Source of the DNA: Paramecium tetraurelia
Lineage: Eukaryota
Assembly: GCA_000165425.1 (NCBI GenBank)
Contig: CT867992.1
Span: forward strand, 62,001 to 126,000
DNA: 64,000 bases
Reading direction: 5' to 3'
The notes below the pieces were generated by a model. It ran no database searches. It was not told where the DNA came from and saw nothing but the letters and a program-made list of their open reading frames with translations. How positions within the stretch are numbered: position 1 is the stretch's first letter; each line of letters opens with the position of its first letter. Of the stretch, positions 12,858-25,238 are shown in pieces. The translations under genes were made by a program, and so were the position numbers.

Positions 12858-13259
12858 ATGGATAAATAATAAGGTTGTTTATATGAACGTTTTGGTGGCG
12901 ATTCATAAGTTTCTGAGCTGATTGATTAATTTTACTATAAGGTGTTATTTGATAAGTTGTTAAGAGACAAGTTTCTAAAGGCAGATATGAGTAGAGTCAG
13001 ATATCAATAAAAGCGATTCTTCTCATAAATGATGGGAGACAAGAAAACTCAATATACTGGAAGGTAGGATATTAATTGTGATGTTTATAGAGATTTAATT
13101 GAGGTGCATCGAAATCTAAATATCTCAGATTAGCAATTTGACAAATTTAAGATTCATTTAAAAAGCATAGCTTAAGACATGGAAGTGAGTGTGGAGGATA
13201 TCGAAGAGTTGTTGGAGCATGTGGAGAGACACAGAAATGTTATTGTATTTAATAAATGA
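12858..13259 (+). CDS. group I truncated (2/2) hemoglobin, trHbN-type
   Basis: LYERFGG, FYYKVLFD, FLKADMSRVRYQQKRFF, YTGR|DLIEVHRNLNISDQQFD with proximal His. Intron 13064-13090. Confidence 0.92.
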
Positions 13260-13286
13260 TGTTTTAATTCATATATTAATTTTTAT

Positions 13287-15215
13287 ATGAGCGAATTTCC
13301 TGAATAAATAGATATTTCGAAACTTAGAATAGATTTGGGTCAATAATGGAATGAAATCGAATTGGAAGTGTTTTTAAAGAGTATGATTGAATGAATAAGT
13401 TGATTGTAGTCTTTAGACAATAATAATTGGCAGGGGTTGGCAGGATGTAGGAGACTTTGAGACAGTTAGGATATCAGCGAACAACAACAAACTTATTATC
13501 TGTATATAAGAAGGTAAGATTAATTATGGATGAAGAATAAAAACTTCTTGGAATCAAATCAAAATTGTACCGCCCATGACTTGTATCTGATATTACGAGA
13601 TCATTATGAATAAAATGAACCTTGTGATATGAGACCAATTAAGAAGATTAAGAAAAATTAAAATTGTACACTTTATTGCATAAACACAAGATCGTAAGAG
13701 TATTCCTCAGAAATTCGATATGGATGAGAATGCAAACGATATGACCTATTATTTCAGTTAAACATAATGTCTCAATAACCAATGTGTTTATGATAACAAA
13801 AACATAAGTCAGAATGTATTCATAGATTATTTTAAATTTAAGTTTTGTAAATGGATTTAACATGAATATTTTTATTCGCATTTAGATTATACTTATTTTA
13901 GTCTAAATGAATTTTAGTAGATGTTAAGTAAAGCGAGTATTCCATTGGGATCAAAATCAATTGCAGAATGGAGAATTATAAAAATGGTAGAATTTCATTT
14001 ATACTTTTTAGGCAGTGGGATAACCCAGAAGATTTTCATTTTATTTCCTTCAATAGGAGATGAGCAAATTGACAAAATATCGATCCGTTATTAGAAACTA
14101 CTTATTTGATTAGAATTATCCTATTCACAGGGGATATTCGAAATCTAGATTTAATACATGACATAGTAAGATTGGCACCATTCAGTGTTGGTTAAACTGT
14201 CTATGCTGTCCATCCAGTGTGCAAACATGTTCATGTTGGATCCATCTTGTCTACCAATCTACCTACTATAACTATTAAATTCTCATAAGCAGAATTAGGA
14301 GTTCACAAGATATCAGATCAGAATATTTAATTGTATCTTTGAATCCCTTATTATCATAAGAGAAGAGAAGTTCATAAGCAAGTAAATGAGTGATGTTCGA
14401 TTCGATATGCAATAGCAATTGAGTTTCAATACACAGAATGAGAATAAAAACACTTTGATTTCCAGTATTGTTTAGGAGTTGGATCATTATGCTGCAGCTT
14501 TTATGATTAGGATTTTGTAGAGGTATCATCATTAGTATTTCAGAAAATATGCCTTGGTCGGACATTTGAAGCAATTGAGTTAGAAATTGTAAAATGAACC
14601 AACTCTAATAGAGGATCAAGAGTTCAAAGCTCTTTATCAATGGTCGTTGTAACAAATCAAGAATTTTGATTCTGCTTCTAAGCATGTTATGACTAAGTTT
14701 AGAATGAGAGGATTGAGTGGATATTGTAAATGCAATTTATATATCTAATCAAGCTTTACAATAGGTGAACAACAATTTGGACAAGGTTTTGAGCATGCCT
14801 TTGGCCTATATGGAGAGAGAATTGGACCAGAACAATGTGGAACCGGAAGAAGAGAAGAAGAATTTAGAGATCAAGTAGATCATTCATAAACAATAAGATG
14901 TATTAATATGTTATTTCTTATTTCAAAGGAGAAAATCAACTCACAATTAAATTCATTACTAACACAAAAGTTTGCATTTCTAGAGATGGACAATTGTAAT
15001 TATTCATCTTATGATTTTCAACCTGAATAGAATTAAAACCCTTAGTTCAATCACTCTTTGGTCTATTGTTTACTCTAAATAATAGTTAAGATTTGAATAT
15101 GAATTCGAATAGTCATTGGCAAACATTAAAATAAAATATCTAGGAATCACATCCTCAGCAACTGCAGGAGATATAGGAATCAATACTAAGAATAGTAGGT
15201 AATCATAGTAAATGA
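13287..15215 (+). CDS. LIN9/ALWAYS EARLY-like DIRP-domain protein (MuvB/DREAM core)
   Basis: N-terminal SANT-like LGQQWNEIELEVF; DIRP HEYFYSHLDYTYFSLNEF...EWRIIKMAVGQPRRFSFYFLQQEMSKLTKYR; Tudor-like PFSVGQTVYAVHP; C-terminal coiled coil. Confidence 0.8.
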
Positions 15216-15239
15216 CATAAATTTATATTTCGATTTCAG

Positions 15240-15942
15240 ATTTCAAAGTGAGAAGTTTAGAATTTTTAATTTATTGGTTTCAATTTTAAATGACTAAAAT
15301 ATGGTCTAATATCTGGTTTCTATTTCCGATGAGTTGAAGATGTTTAAGTGTGTTTTTTAATCACTTGTGGTTCTTGCTCCTTTTTTGTTTGAGGTACACT
15401 AAGCTAATGAAAATTCAATCGACTCTTTCTCTTCATTTACTCCAATAGTTCATTATAGAAGAGTTCTTTATTTCTGTTGAGGACAACTGCATTTTCCTTC
15501 ATGGGAGTTAATCTTGGTGATATGTTATACACTTAGGATAATTAGATCTCTCTGCAGGTGTTCGTTCTGAATTAGTGTCTCTAAATAAGAATGGATGACC
15601 GATTGGAAACAGGACTATGATGCGAATGGAGTTTTACGTGATTTTCATAGATTTGCTCATCATCTGATTTTTTTGGAAAGTTGTAATCCTCCTTAATGGA
15701 ACATTGTTATTTTAATGCTTATATTGAAACTAACTTAGTTGACCGCATTCGCTGCAATAGCAACTTTTTCTTCTCAATTAGGTTTCATTTGTATTGATCA
15801 ATTCTTCCTGATTCAGTTTGTAATTTCTATGCTTTAAACTGCTTCTCTTAGACTTATTCAAAGAGTAGACGATTGAATTCGTTTCCGTCAATATCTTATC
15901 TGATACACGAGATATGCTTTAAGTCATATTAGAGATGATCAT
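15240..15942 (-). CDS. hypothetical basic protein with RRKSCYCSECG motif
   Basis: ATG 15942 MIISNMTQSISRVSDK; motif at 15742-15774. 3' end approximate. Confidence 0.6.
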
Positions 15943-16029
15943 TTTATTAAATTTAATGTTTATTTCCTGTCAAAAACTACTACATACTGATTCAAACTAT
16001 TGTAAATGAAATACTAACTATTATATCAA

Positions 16030-16796
16030 AAAAAGAAATTAATAGTTTCAGAGTGGACTAACAGTTGACAATGTTTTCTGATGATATTTCGTTCTGTGCA
16101 AAGTCAATAGTTACGATCTCTATTACATTAATTGAGCTGGCTTTATTGGTTTAAGTAGTTGTGAATCTATTTTCCTCAGTGTCACGTAAGGCGACAAGTA
16201 AGGTAAATTTCTAGGCGTTTTTGAATGTTTTGGAGAACAGTTTGGAGTATATTATGCTAATTAATACACTTTTATTTGCTATTATTATTGTCTTGAGAAA
16301 TAAGAATGCAATTTTGTCATCTATTCCTATATAACTTATAAAGACTATGGGTTTCTATTGTTATCCTGCATTGCGTTTATTTTACTTTCATCGTAAGTCT
16401 TCATTTTTTTCAATGTTTGCGTTATTCGTTACACAGATTTAGGTTAAGCTGATTGTCTAATCAATCTAATTAAACTAAATACATGTGCTAGTTGGATGCT
16501 CTTCTTGTAAGAATAGCCTTTCGATATGGCCTAGGTCCCTTTATGTTCATGCATTTATATTAAAATGTTCCCAATTGCCCACATTCATCACAGTAACAGC
16601 TTTTCCTTCGAAATGGCCCCTTTATCGTTTTCTAATGTAAAACAAAAGGCTTTAATTAGCTTCGTGATTTTTATCTTCTCACTTATCGACCATGTTATCT
16701 TAAAGTGTTTGACAATCTGAAAGTCATACTCAAAGGAGAATTTAGACCAGAGCTACTCTCGAATTGTTTCACTTTATCGAGAGGCAATTAATTCAT
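16030..16796 (-). CDS. hypothetical basic protein with RRKSCYCDECG motif
   Basis: MNQLPLDKVKQFESSSG...; motif at 16578-16610. Both ends approximate, and the frame may extend further upstream. Confidence 0.55.
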
Positions 16797-17233
16797 GAAT
16801 TATTAAATATATATCAATTTTGCTATCATAATAATCCAAAAATTATTAACCTCATAGACCATTTTGAAAGTTCCCAAAGCCACTCTTTGGAACTCTCTTC
16901 TTTAGTTCATAAATCTTTAAATTGCCTATTAATGTATCTTTTTTTTATCAGAATATTTAAACCCTAATCCTGCTTATTTAATAACTACAAATAAAGGACT
17001 TCTCATTTTATTCGTATTTTCTTTGGATTAAAAAAGGTTCTCAATTCAAACTGAACTTTAGATGATTTTGAGTACTTCGAAAATCAATTAAATTAGAAAA
17101 TTCATTATACAGAATAATTTATTAAATCACAAATTAGACACATCAAATATCAATATTTATATTTTCCATAGTGAACATCCTTTTGCTTGAAGATACTCTG
17201 AAATTGTCTAATTTATAAATTATCATATATAAT

Positions 17234-18945
17234 ATGCTTAAATCATTGAATTAGTGGATGAATCTATATTAAGTAGATTATTGAAAATATTCTAATTAGA
17301 AAAATGCAAATTATAATTTAATGAATTGGGATTTTCTAAATAGAAAACTAAAGGAATTCTTTGAATAGAGGCGATAATAATCCATTGATAAATTATTTAC
17401 TCTAAATGCTGTAACTGATAATAACTTCCTTAAAAAATAATTCCTAGAGTTGGAAACTTAAGTTACAGAGGAACAAAAATAAATTGTCTCATAACCTAGT
17501 GTCCCTATAACTACACCGACGCCTTCGAAGTCGAAATAAACTCCGAAATCCTTTAATTAGATCTCTTATCTCTTTTCTCCTCATGGACCTGCAAGATCAA
17601 CGAACTCTATGCAAATGAGATAAATCGTAACAAGTAACCTAAAAAATGGGAATAACAGCTATAATCATGTTAAAAGCAAGGACATCAAGAAAGTGTAAGA
17701 ATTAGTAGGTTCAAATAGTAAGACTTCTTTTAAAAATAATGGAAGAAAACTATAAAAATAACAAACTTCAGTCTCACAAAAGATTCTAAAAGATTTAGAT
17801 GATCAATTCGACCCATCACCTACTAATCTGATTAAACCATGTGAATCACTGAAATGTTTCATTACACAAACCAAAAATATTAATACATTATCAATGAAGG
17901 CTTAATTGAAACTCAAATCTTAAAGATCTATCAGATAATTAAAACAACCTAGTCCTGCACTGGATAATTTCACTAAATTGGGGTTTGGAAATAGTACTGA
18001 TCCAAGAGTGGGTTTAGATAGGTTTTTAAGCAATAAATGGTTGTAATTCGTTATTGAATAAAAGTCAATGAGAAAAGATGATTAATTTGATAACTATCTC
18101 TAATAATATAATGAATCTAAATAGAAGGAGTAAAGCATTTAAAAATTGAAATAAAAGTAACAAGTAAGATAAGATTTCAATAGTGAAATACCATAATCAT
18201 TGATTTTTAAACCACATCGATATACTAAAAAGATAACAAAAGTAAAGAAGAATGAAATTTCAGAATTAATCTCCTCCTATTCTCAAACTGTTTTTGATAT
18301 AGAAAAGAAAAGAGATGACGATGAACTGATTGAATTCTACCCTATCTATTACGAAAAGAAAGTTAAAAGACGAAGGATTATTCGTAAAATGAAAATTCTA
18401 GCTAAAAAGGCTATTAAATTAAGAACATTTGTTTTAGATGTATACAACATTATATAACAATATCATAGTTGCTCTAGAAATTTTAACAATTTGTACCATA
18501 CTAAATGCCAGGCTCAATCGCCTTTTTGAGGTTTGTTTAGTAGAACAATCTTTAAGCAGTTAAGGAGATGCTGGATTAGGATAATTCATTCATAGGTTCT
18601 TTTAATGAATAAGGACAGTATGCCATTCATTTAGGAGTGATGATTTAATCGATTGAAATGGTCAAACTACTGTTATATTATAGGGCCAATGTAAATTCAG
18701 AGGACTTCTTTCTCTAAAAACCACTTTATTTCGCTTTGATAACTGATAATTTACAGATAATTAGATTGCTACTCGCTTGTAGAGCTTCACCATGGGATGA
18801 AAATTTGAGAGATTACTTCGTTTGTTGTAGAAGTGAAGATGCAAAAAATCTAATAAAACTAGGCTAATATCTTAAAATATATAATAAAGATCCAGAGTGT
18901 ATATTAAATATAGAAAATATCAAATAACAATTGAATTAGTATTGA
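17234..18945 (+). CDS. ankyrin-repeat protein (C-terminal repeats)
   Basis: GQYAIHLGV...IEMVKLLLYYRANVNSEDFFSKKPLYFALITDNLQIIRLLLACRASPW. TGA 18943-18945. Confidence 0.8.
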
Positions 18946-18946
18946 A

Positions 18947-20284
18947 TCATCTAAAAAATAATTTTGGTCTTAATTTTGATATTCTTGCATACAACCAATA
19001 AGTTAAATTGCAATCATGTTCTAAGTGTAGTGTGTGTAACTTGGGGAAACTAGTTTCTTTCTTAAATATGCTTTCCAAGAAAAGTCCTTCTGGAGGGTAT
19101 TATTACAATTTAGTATCACAATCTAAGTCCCCATGTTCGAAGTGACCTAGCCAAAATATTTTGAGATTTTAATGTTAAGCTATTCCTAAGACAAAAGACT
19201 GTGAGACCCAAGAGTCTCCAGACACATCCAATTCTTCCAGAAATGGACAATTTTCATTCCATATGGAAACATCATATTATAAGGGGCAGTTTCTCAAACA
19301 TAGATATCTTAATTGATGGAATTTGGCTATATTGATATGAGCTTGATCTCTCAGTTTTCTTGTGTAAATGATTGACAATCTTTATAATTGGAGATCTTGC
19401 ATATTCTTAAATGCTTAATCACTAATTTTAGCACATTTTTCGAAGTTATTCCTAACCAATGCAAATTCTGTTAAGGTCGGAAATGAATGAGCAATTATAT
19501 CTAATGATTGATCTCCAATTCTCGAACAATATCTAATCTCTAGAGACTTTAAATGCATGAGATCAATCTGGAACCCACTTTTAGATATTTGTGCATTATA
19601 TACTTGTTCACTCCCTCCGACAAGTAGTTTTTATAACAATTTGCAATGCTTGGATATGAGATACAGAGAATCATTGGTTAAATGGGGACAATCATGAATG
19701 CAGAGTACCTGAAGATTGAATTCAGCAAAAATGCTAATGAAACCATCTTCCCAAGGCAATGAATAGAAATGCAATTCTTATGCGCTCTTCAATGTAAGGA
19801 ATGATTTCATTTCGATCTCATCAAACGGTTTCTTCCTATTTTTTGTATTCACCAAAGTTAGACTCTTGAAATTCGGAAACTTGCGAGTAAAGATCTTTGA
19901 GAATTCCATGTTGATATTAGTAAATTTCAAATATTGTATACTCTATGGCAATTACATGAACATATAGGCTGTATCAGTCTATGTTGCATGTGGAGGCAAT
20001 TTCATTGATATTATAGTCTTATCTCTTGAAAATATCTTCAGGATTGGAAACAACGGCTTAGATGAGTCAATGTTTTCTAAATTCGCATGCTCAAACATCA
20101 AAGGGTCTTTTTCAATTATTTCCCTCCATCTTCTGCAAACTCTCGCCGATCTCACTAAATCAAACTACTTTAATTAATGCAATACCACATTCAAGTATGT
20201 AAGGATGATACGTACATAGTCATTCTTTAATAAGGTAAAAGGATCATAAGACGGAGGTTTCCTTATTTATTATTTTTTCATCAT
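18947..20284 (-). CDS. F-box/LRR-repeat protein
   Basis: F-box DPFTLLKNDYVRIILTYLN.FDLVRSARVCRRWREI followed by Cys-containing LRRs (e.g. LKSLEIRYCSRIGD). Ends KLRPKLFFR*. Confidence 0.85.
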
Positions 20285-20443
20285 AGGAATAGAAATTATG
20301 AATGAATGAATATTAATATTTTGATAATTAACAATATGATAAAAACAATATTGAAGTCCTTGATAAATGAATATTAATACTTTAATAAAGTAAACGAAAC
20401 AATTTAACAATGAATTTACTTAAGATTTAAAATATACAAATAA

Positions 20444-22219
20444 TCAATTCATTAAAATCTACTTTTAAGTTACTCTTATTCTATGATCCCAACTTCCACT
20501 AATAATCAATTCTCTTCCAGGCATATACTCCAGAGCACTAATTTATTCAGAATGTCTTTTTGCAGTCAATATTGACTTTCCTGTTGCTATGTCCCAACAT
20601 CTAATAGTTCTATCTGCACTTCCAGACCATAATTATCTATTTTCAATATCAAATGTCAGACAAGTGACTGCTTCCTGATGTCCAACAAAAATATGTAGTT
20701 TAATGGCTCTATCTAGATTCCAAAGTATTATCTTTTTATCAGCTCCTCCAGATGCAACGACTGACATGAATTCACCCATTAATGATTCTTGTAGATATTT
20801 CAAACATAACACTTCTCCATGATGACCATCCAATTAATCCTTACAAGAACCATTTAATACATTGTACACACCTATGGTATTCTCTCCTCCACTAACAATT
20901 AGACCCTTAGTTTAAACATAACATAATGCTCTAACCCTTTAATTATTTTATATGGTTAATTTCAACTTCGCTCTGTTTGTTGTCCATATCTTAATGGTGC
21001 TATCTAAACTGCCAGATGCTAAATATTCTAAATCCTTTAGATATATCAAACTTTTGACAGGTTACAAATGTCCGACTAACACACTTTCACATATCATTCT
21101 TTAATAGTTCCAAATTCTCACTGTTTGATCAGCACTGGCACTACCAAAATTAGTTTCATTAATTTTAGCTAATGCCCATACATCGCCTGCATGTTCACTC
21201 ATCTAACCCAATGCCACTCCTCCATCAATATCCCATATTTTTATGATTCCTCCACCTCCTGCAGATATCAAAGAAGATTAAGAAAATATACAAAGACATG
21301 TCACAATGTCTGTATGTCCACTTAGCACTGTATTCATTGCTTTTGCATATATGTATCTAGATCCACTAAACTCAGCTGAACTTCTATTTTTGGGTATAGT
21401 GAATCCTTCCTCTGCTCTATAAATTCGCACAGACTTCCTTTCTGGCTGCTAATTATCCCTCAATAATTCTAATGCATTTCTTTTAAAATCAATAGATGGG
21501 AACAATGCTGACCTTGCTGTTTCAGGTTCATATTCTGTCTGTAAATGTGTGGCTCTCTTTTACTCCAATGATAATTCATTATTCTTGAATAAATTATAAG
21601 ACTACAATGCTTTTCCAAGTGATGATTTTACTATATTATAAAAATGATCAGTCCGCATATATAACTGATTCTCTAGAACTTGTTTCGAAATTACCTCAGC
21701 TCTCTTTTGTAGACTCGGTAATACATTTCCATTCATTTTTTCTTGGAAATCCATCAATATCCCAAATTGATTTTCATTTATAGGTCTGACTCTTGTTGTA
21801 TATGGGGCTACCATATACATATGCTCAGAAATTACACCAAGCAAACTACCTATCTCAGTTTCATACTATTTGTAATATGAATTTGTATATTCTAAAGCAG
21901 AAGAACAAAAGTCATCAACTTCAGCATTTATCCGAGATTTTAGAACTTCGGATAGCTTAATCACTTATTTCTTCAGCTGCTCCTTCTCTACAGTCATGTG
22001 ATTCTGAATTGAATAGAGTCTAGCCTTTAGAACATCCAAATCTTTCTCAAGCAACTAAGGAACCTACTTTATTTGATAATCCATGTCAGAGAAACCTTAT
22101 ATCATCGGGTAGTGTTAAGCATTGTGCTTGGTCATACATTGATTACACATCAATTTCTGACCACAATCTTTGACTTAACAAATCAGAGTATAGGGAGCAT
22201 TATGTTCAAAACATTTCAT
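20444..22219 (-). CDS. WD40-repeat protein with N-terminal Cys/His (B-box-like) knuckle and coiled coil
   Basis: MKCFEHNAPYTLICQVKDCGQKLMCNQCMTKH; multiple GH...WD repeats (SGGADKKIILWN, SGSADRTIRCWD). Confidence 0.85.
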
Positions 22220-23657
22220 TTAATTAATTTTTAGTTATTTCAATTTTACATTTCGGGGTTGTTGAATTAATTAAACACTTCAATATTTATCAAAGATTAA
22301 TTTTATTTGAATATTTACTTGCAGTGTTTTCCAGTCTCTTTCAAATAGAAGAAATTCACTAAATAGTTTTATAATGAAATTTAAAAGATAACAATTACTT
22401 TATGATAATCTATTTATTTAATTATTACCAAAATTATCACAAATTTTAATATAAGCTGCAAAACTACTACATCTCAGCTTCCAATTTAGTTTAATTTAAG
22501 ATAAAATTAGTAGAATGTCTTTTCCAAATTTGTTTCATTGAAACCTTTCTATTCATCAATAGTTAAAATAGAAAGGTTACTTCAATCAAACTATATTTTA
22601 TCAAATTTATGAGAAAATGTAATAAAAACAGAGCTTTGACAATATTATATAAGTATGAAGAGTAATAATTATTAAAAAAAATGTAAAAATTTTATAATAA
22701 ATTATTTTAAATATAAGGAATAAACTATGCTATGGAAGATGTCTATACTTTTCATAGTCTATTTTCCATTTTTATAATATTGAATACAAAACATCAAAAC
22801 TGACCTTCATGATATTTTTAATGAATTAAGTAATTCTGACAATTCCTTTCTATATTTATTTTTGATTCAAGTACTAAAATAGATTAATTTAGACTCAATG
22901 CTTGTCTAAAATCATTCAGGATAATTCAATTGATTAAGGTATTTTTAATTCAACAATTAAAAATAACCTTAAACCTTAAAGATTTGATGATATAAAAAAA
23001 TGAGAATAAAAATCAAAATGAAATCAAACTGTTTCCGTCAGAAGAATAAATACTATAGTTTCAAATAAATAATTTCACTAAAAGATTTATATTGATAAAT
23101 ACTTAGTTTAGTTCAAAAGTATTGCTTTCTCTTAAGAATACTCCTTTTTCTCCAAATTATTGAGAGTATATGTTTATTATAGTTGTGCTGTAGATGTTAC
23201 GAATCAATTTTATATAACATTTGTGTAAGACAATACTTCAAAATTTTATCAACTGTTAAAAATCTTATCTTAGGATAAGGGTGATCTTTTCTCATGTAGC
23301 TAACTCTTGATTCATAAACTTTTAATATAGGATGCAATCTATTTTAATCAAAAATTACTCTATAAAATATATATAGTAAATAAAGATAAGCACATTCCTT
23401 ACTCTTGAACTATATTTATTTCTTTGCTACTTATCAATTTAAGGATAATATGATACAATTCTAAATTATGAACAAAATATTGCGTTCATTTCTACTTTTA
23501 AATGATTAAGATAGAAAAGTTGAGAATTGATTCTAAATCAAAGAAAATATAAGTATATATTTAGAATGAAAAATAGTACAACTTTGACTATTTTATTTTA
23601 TTGTTGCTAATTATGGTAGCTATTTTAATAATTAATTATTAATATTCTGGAATTTAA

Positions 23658-24194
23658 ATGGATAGTGTAAAGAAGGAACATTCATACACATATTGGGTTA
23701 AAAATGATCCAAATCACCCTAAAATCGATTGCTAACCAAAGAAAGTTGAAGACCCTACTTAAGTGTAACAAGTGCAAACAATAGGGTCTCAATGGAATGT
23801 GTCAGGAACATGGGAGGAAAAAAAAGTGCCAATGAATGAAATCAAGAAATCATTAGAAAATATCATTGGAGTAAGAATTATATGTATTCGTTATTTTTAG
23901 ATGAAGATTGGCTAAACCAAAATTTCTGCAGTAGAATCGGTAGATGGAGAAGCTCATCTCTTTTTGAGTAGAGGCAAGATAAGAATGGGTTATCATTTGA
24001 AGATCACATTTGCACTTGAAGATGATGGATAAATTAAATACACAGACTTTACGGATGATGGGGATAGAGATGTAAGAATTTGACACATAATGTTTAAGTA
24101 TATACTTGAAGATGTCGCTGATGAAACAGTGAAGCATTAAATCGAGGATTTACATTTGAAAACTAAAGAGTTTGTTGAAGTGTTTAAGAGTTGA
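23658..24194 (+). CDS. Aha1 N-terminal-domain protein (Hsp90 ATPase activator-like)
   Basis: GSQWNVSGTWEEK and VDGEAHLFLSRGKIRMGY motifs. Two tiny introns. Confidence 0.75.
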
Positions 24195-24269
24195 TTGAAT
24201 TAAGTTATGTATTTTAATTTATTAAATACTTTAAAAATATTCTAAAATGACAATTTATACATATGACTT

Positions 24270-24790
24270 CCTCATCACTTTTTTTTTATTTGTTGAACCT
24301 ATACTTATTACTGTCTTGCTTTTGGATTGACTTTTGGTTTTTAGCATTCCTCGTAAAACTTCTACAACTAAATTCTAAATCCTTCATTTGGATGAACAAA
24401 TTCCCTTTTGTTTTAAATGTATAAAAATGCCTCATCAGGTTTCATGTTCATCTCTTTAATAAAATAAGCCATCATGACTGAAACTGATCTTGAAATGCCT
24501 ACTTAGCAATGTACGAGAACATTGGTTTTTTTCAAGTACACTTTGATAAATTTACAGGTTTTTTCAAAATGTTCGGATATTTAAAAATTAGGTTCATCAG
24601 GTGCAACTATCCTTAGATGATATATCTAAGTTGGTATTTTATATTCTAATTCATCAATAACAGAAATAATAGCACCAAACTTGTATTTATTGATTGATTC
24701 AAGTGATTTGACTCCTCCTACATAGAGATTACCTTTGTCATCAAAATTTGATTTATGAATTAGAGTGCATCCAAAATAATCAGGATTCAT
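24270..24790 (-). CDS. dual-specificity protein phosphatase
   Basis: NLYVGG, APDEP acid loop, catalytic VLVHCQVGISRS, AYFIK, HPNEGFRIQL. 3' end approximate. Confidence 0.88.
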
Positions 24791-25238
24791 ATTATTAAAA
24801 TTTATATTCAATATAAATATAACATATCAGATGACTTTTATTACAGAATTCATCAAAACGTGCAAAAAAAGAAATATAAAATTTTTTTATATATTCTTAA
24901 ATGCTGGCAACTTGAAATACCTAAATTCTAATATGATTTTAATATCAAGATATACAAAAATGTATTGATGCAATATTTATCCAAATTTAGATTTTTAGTT
25001 AAAATATATGATGAAGTCCAACACTACAAAGTATATAGTTTAATATTTTCAACAGCTTTAGTGTATGAATAAGTAAGTAAATGTTTGACTCGTAGCTAAT
25101 TTCACTAAGAATATTATTTACTCTTGGAATTTAGAGGCCACTTGAGTGATATGATGTATTTCTAATATAGTATAATAATTTATTATAATATGCATTCTCA
25201 TTGAGTATTTTAGTTAATGTAAATAATTGATATTAATA

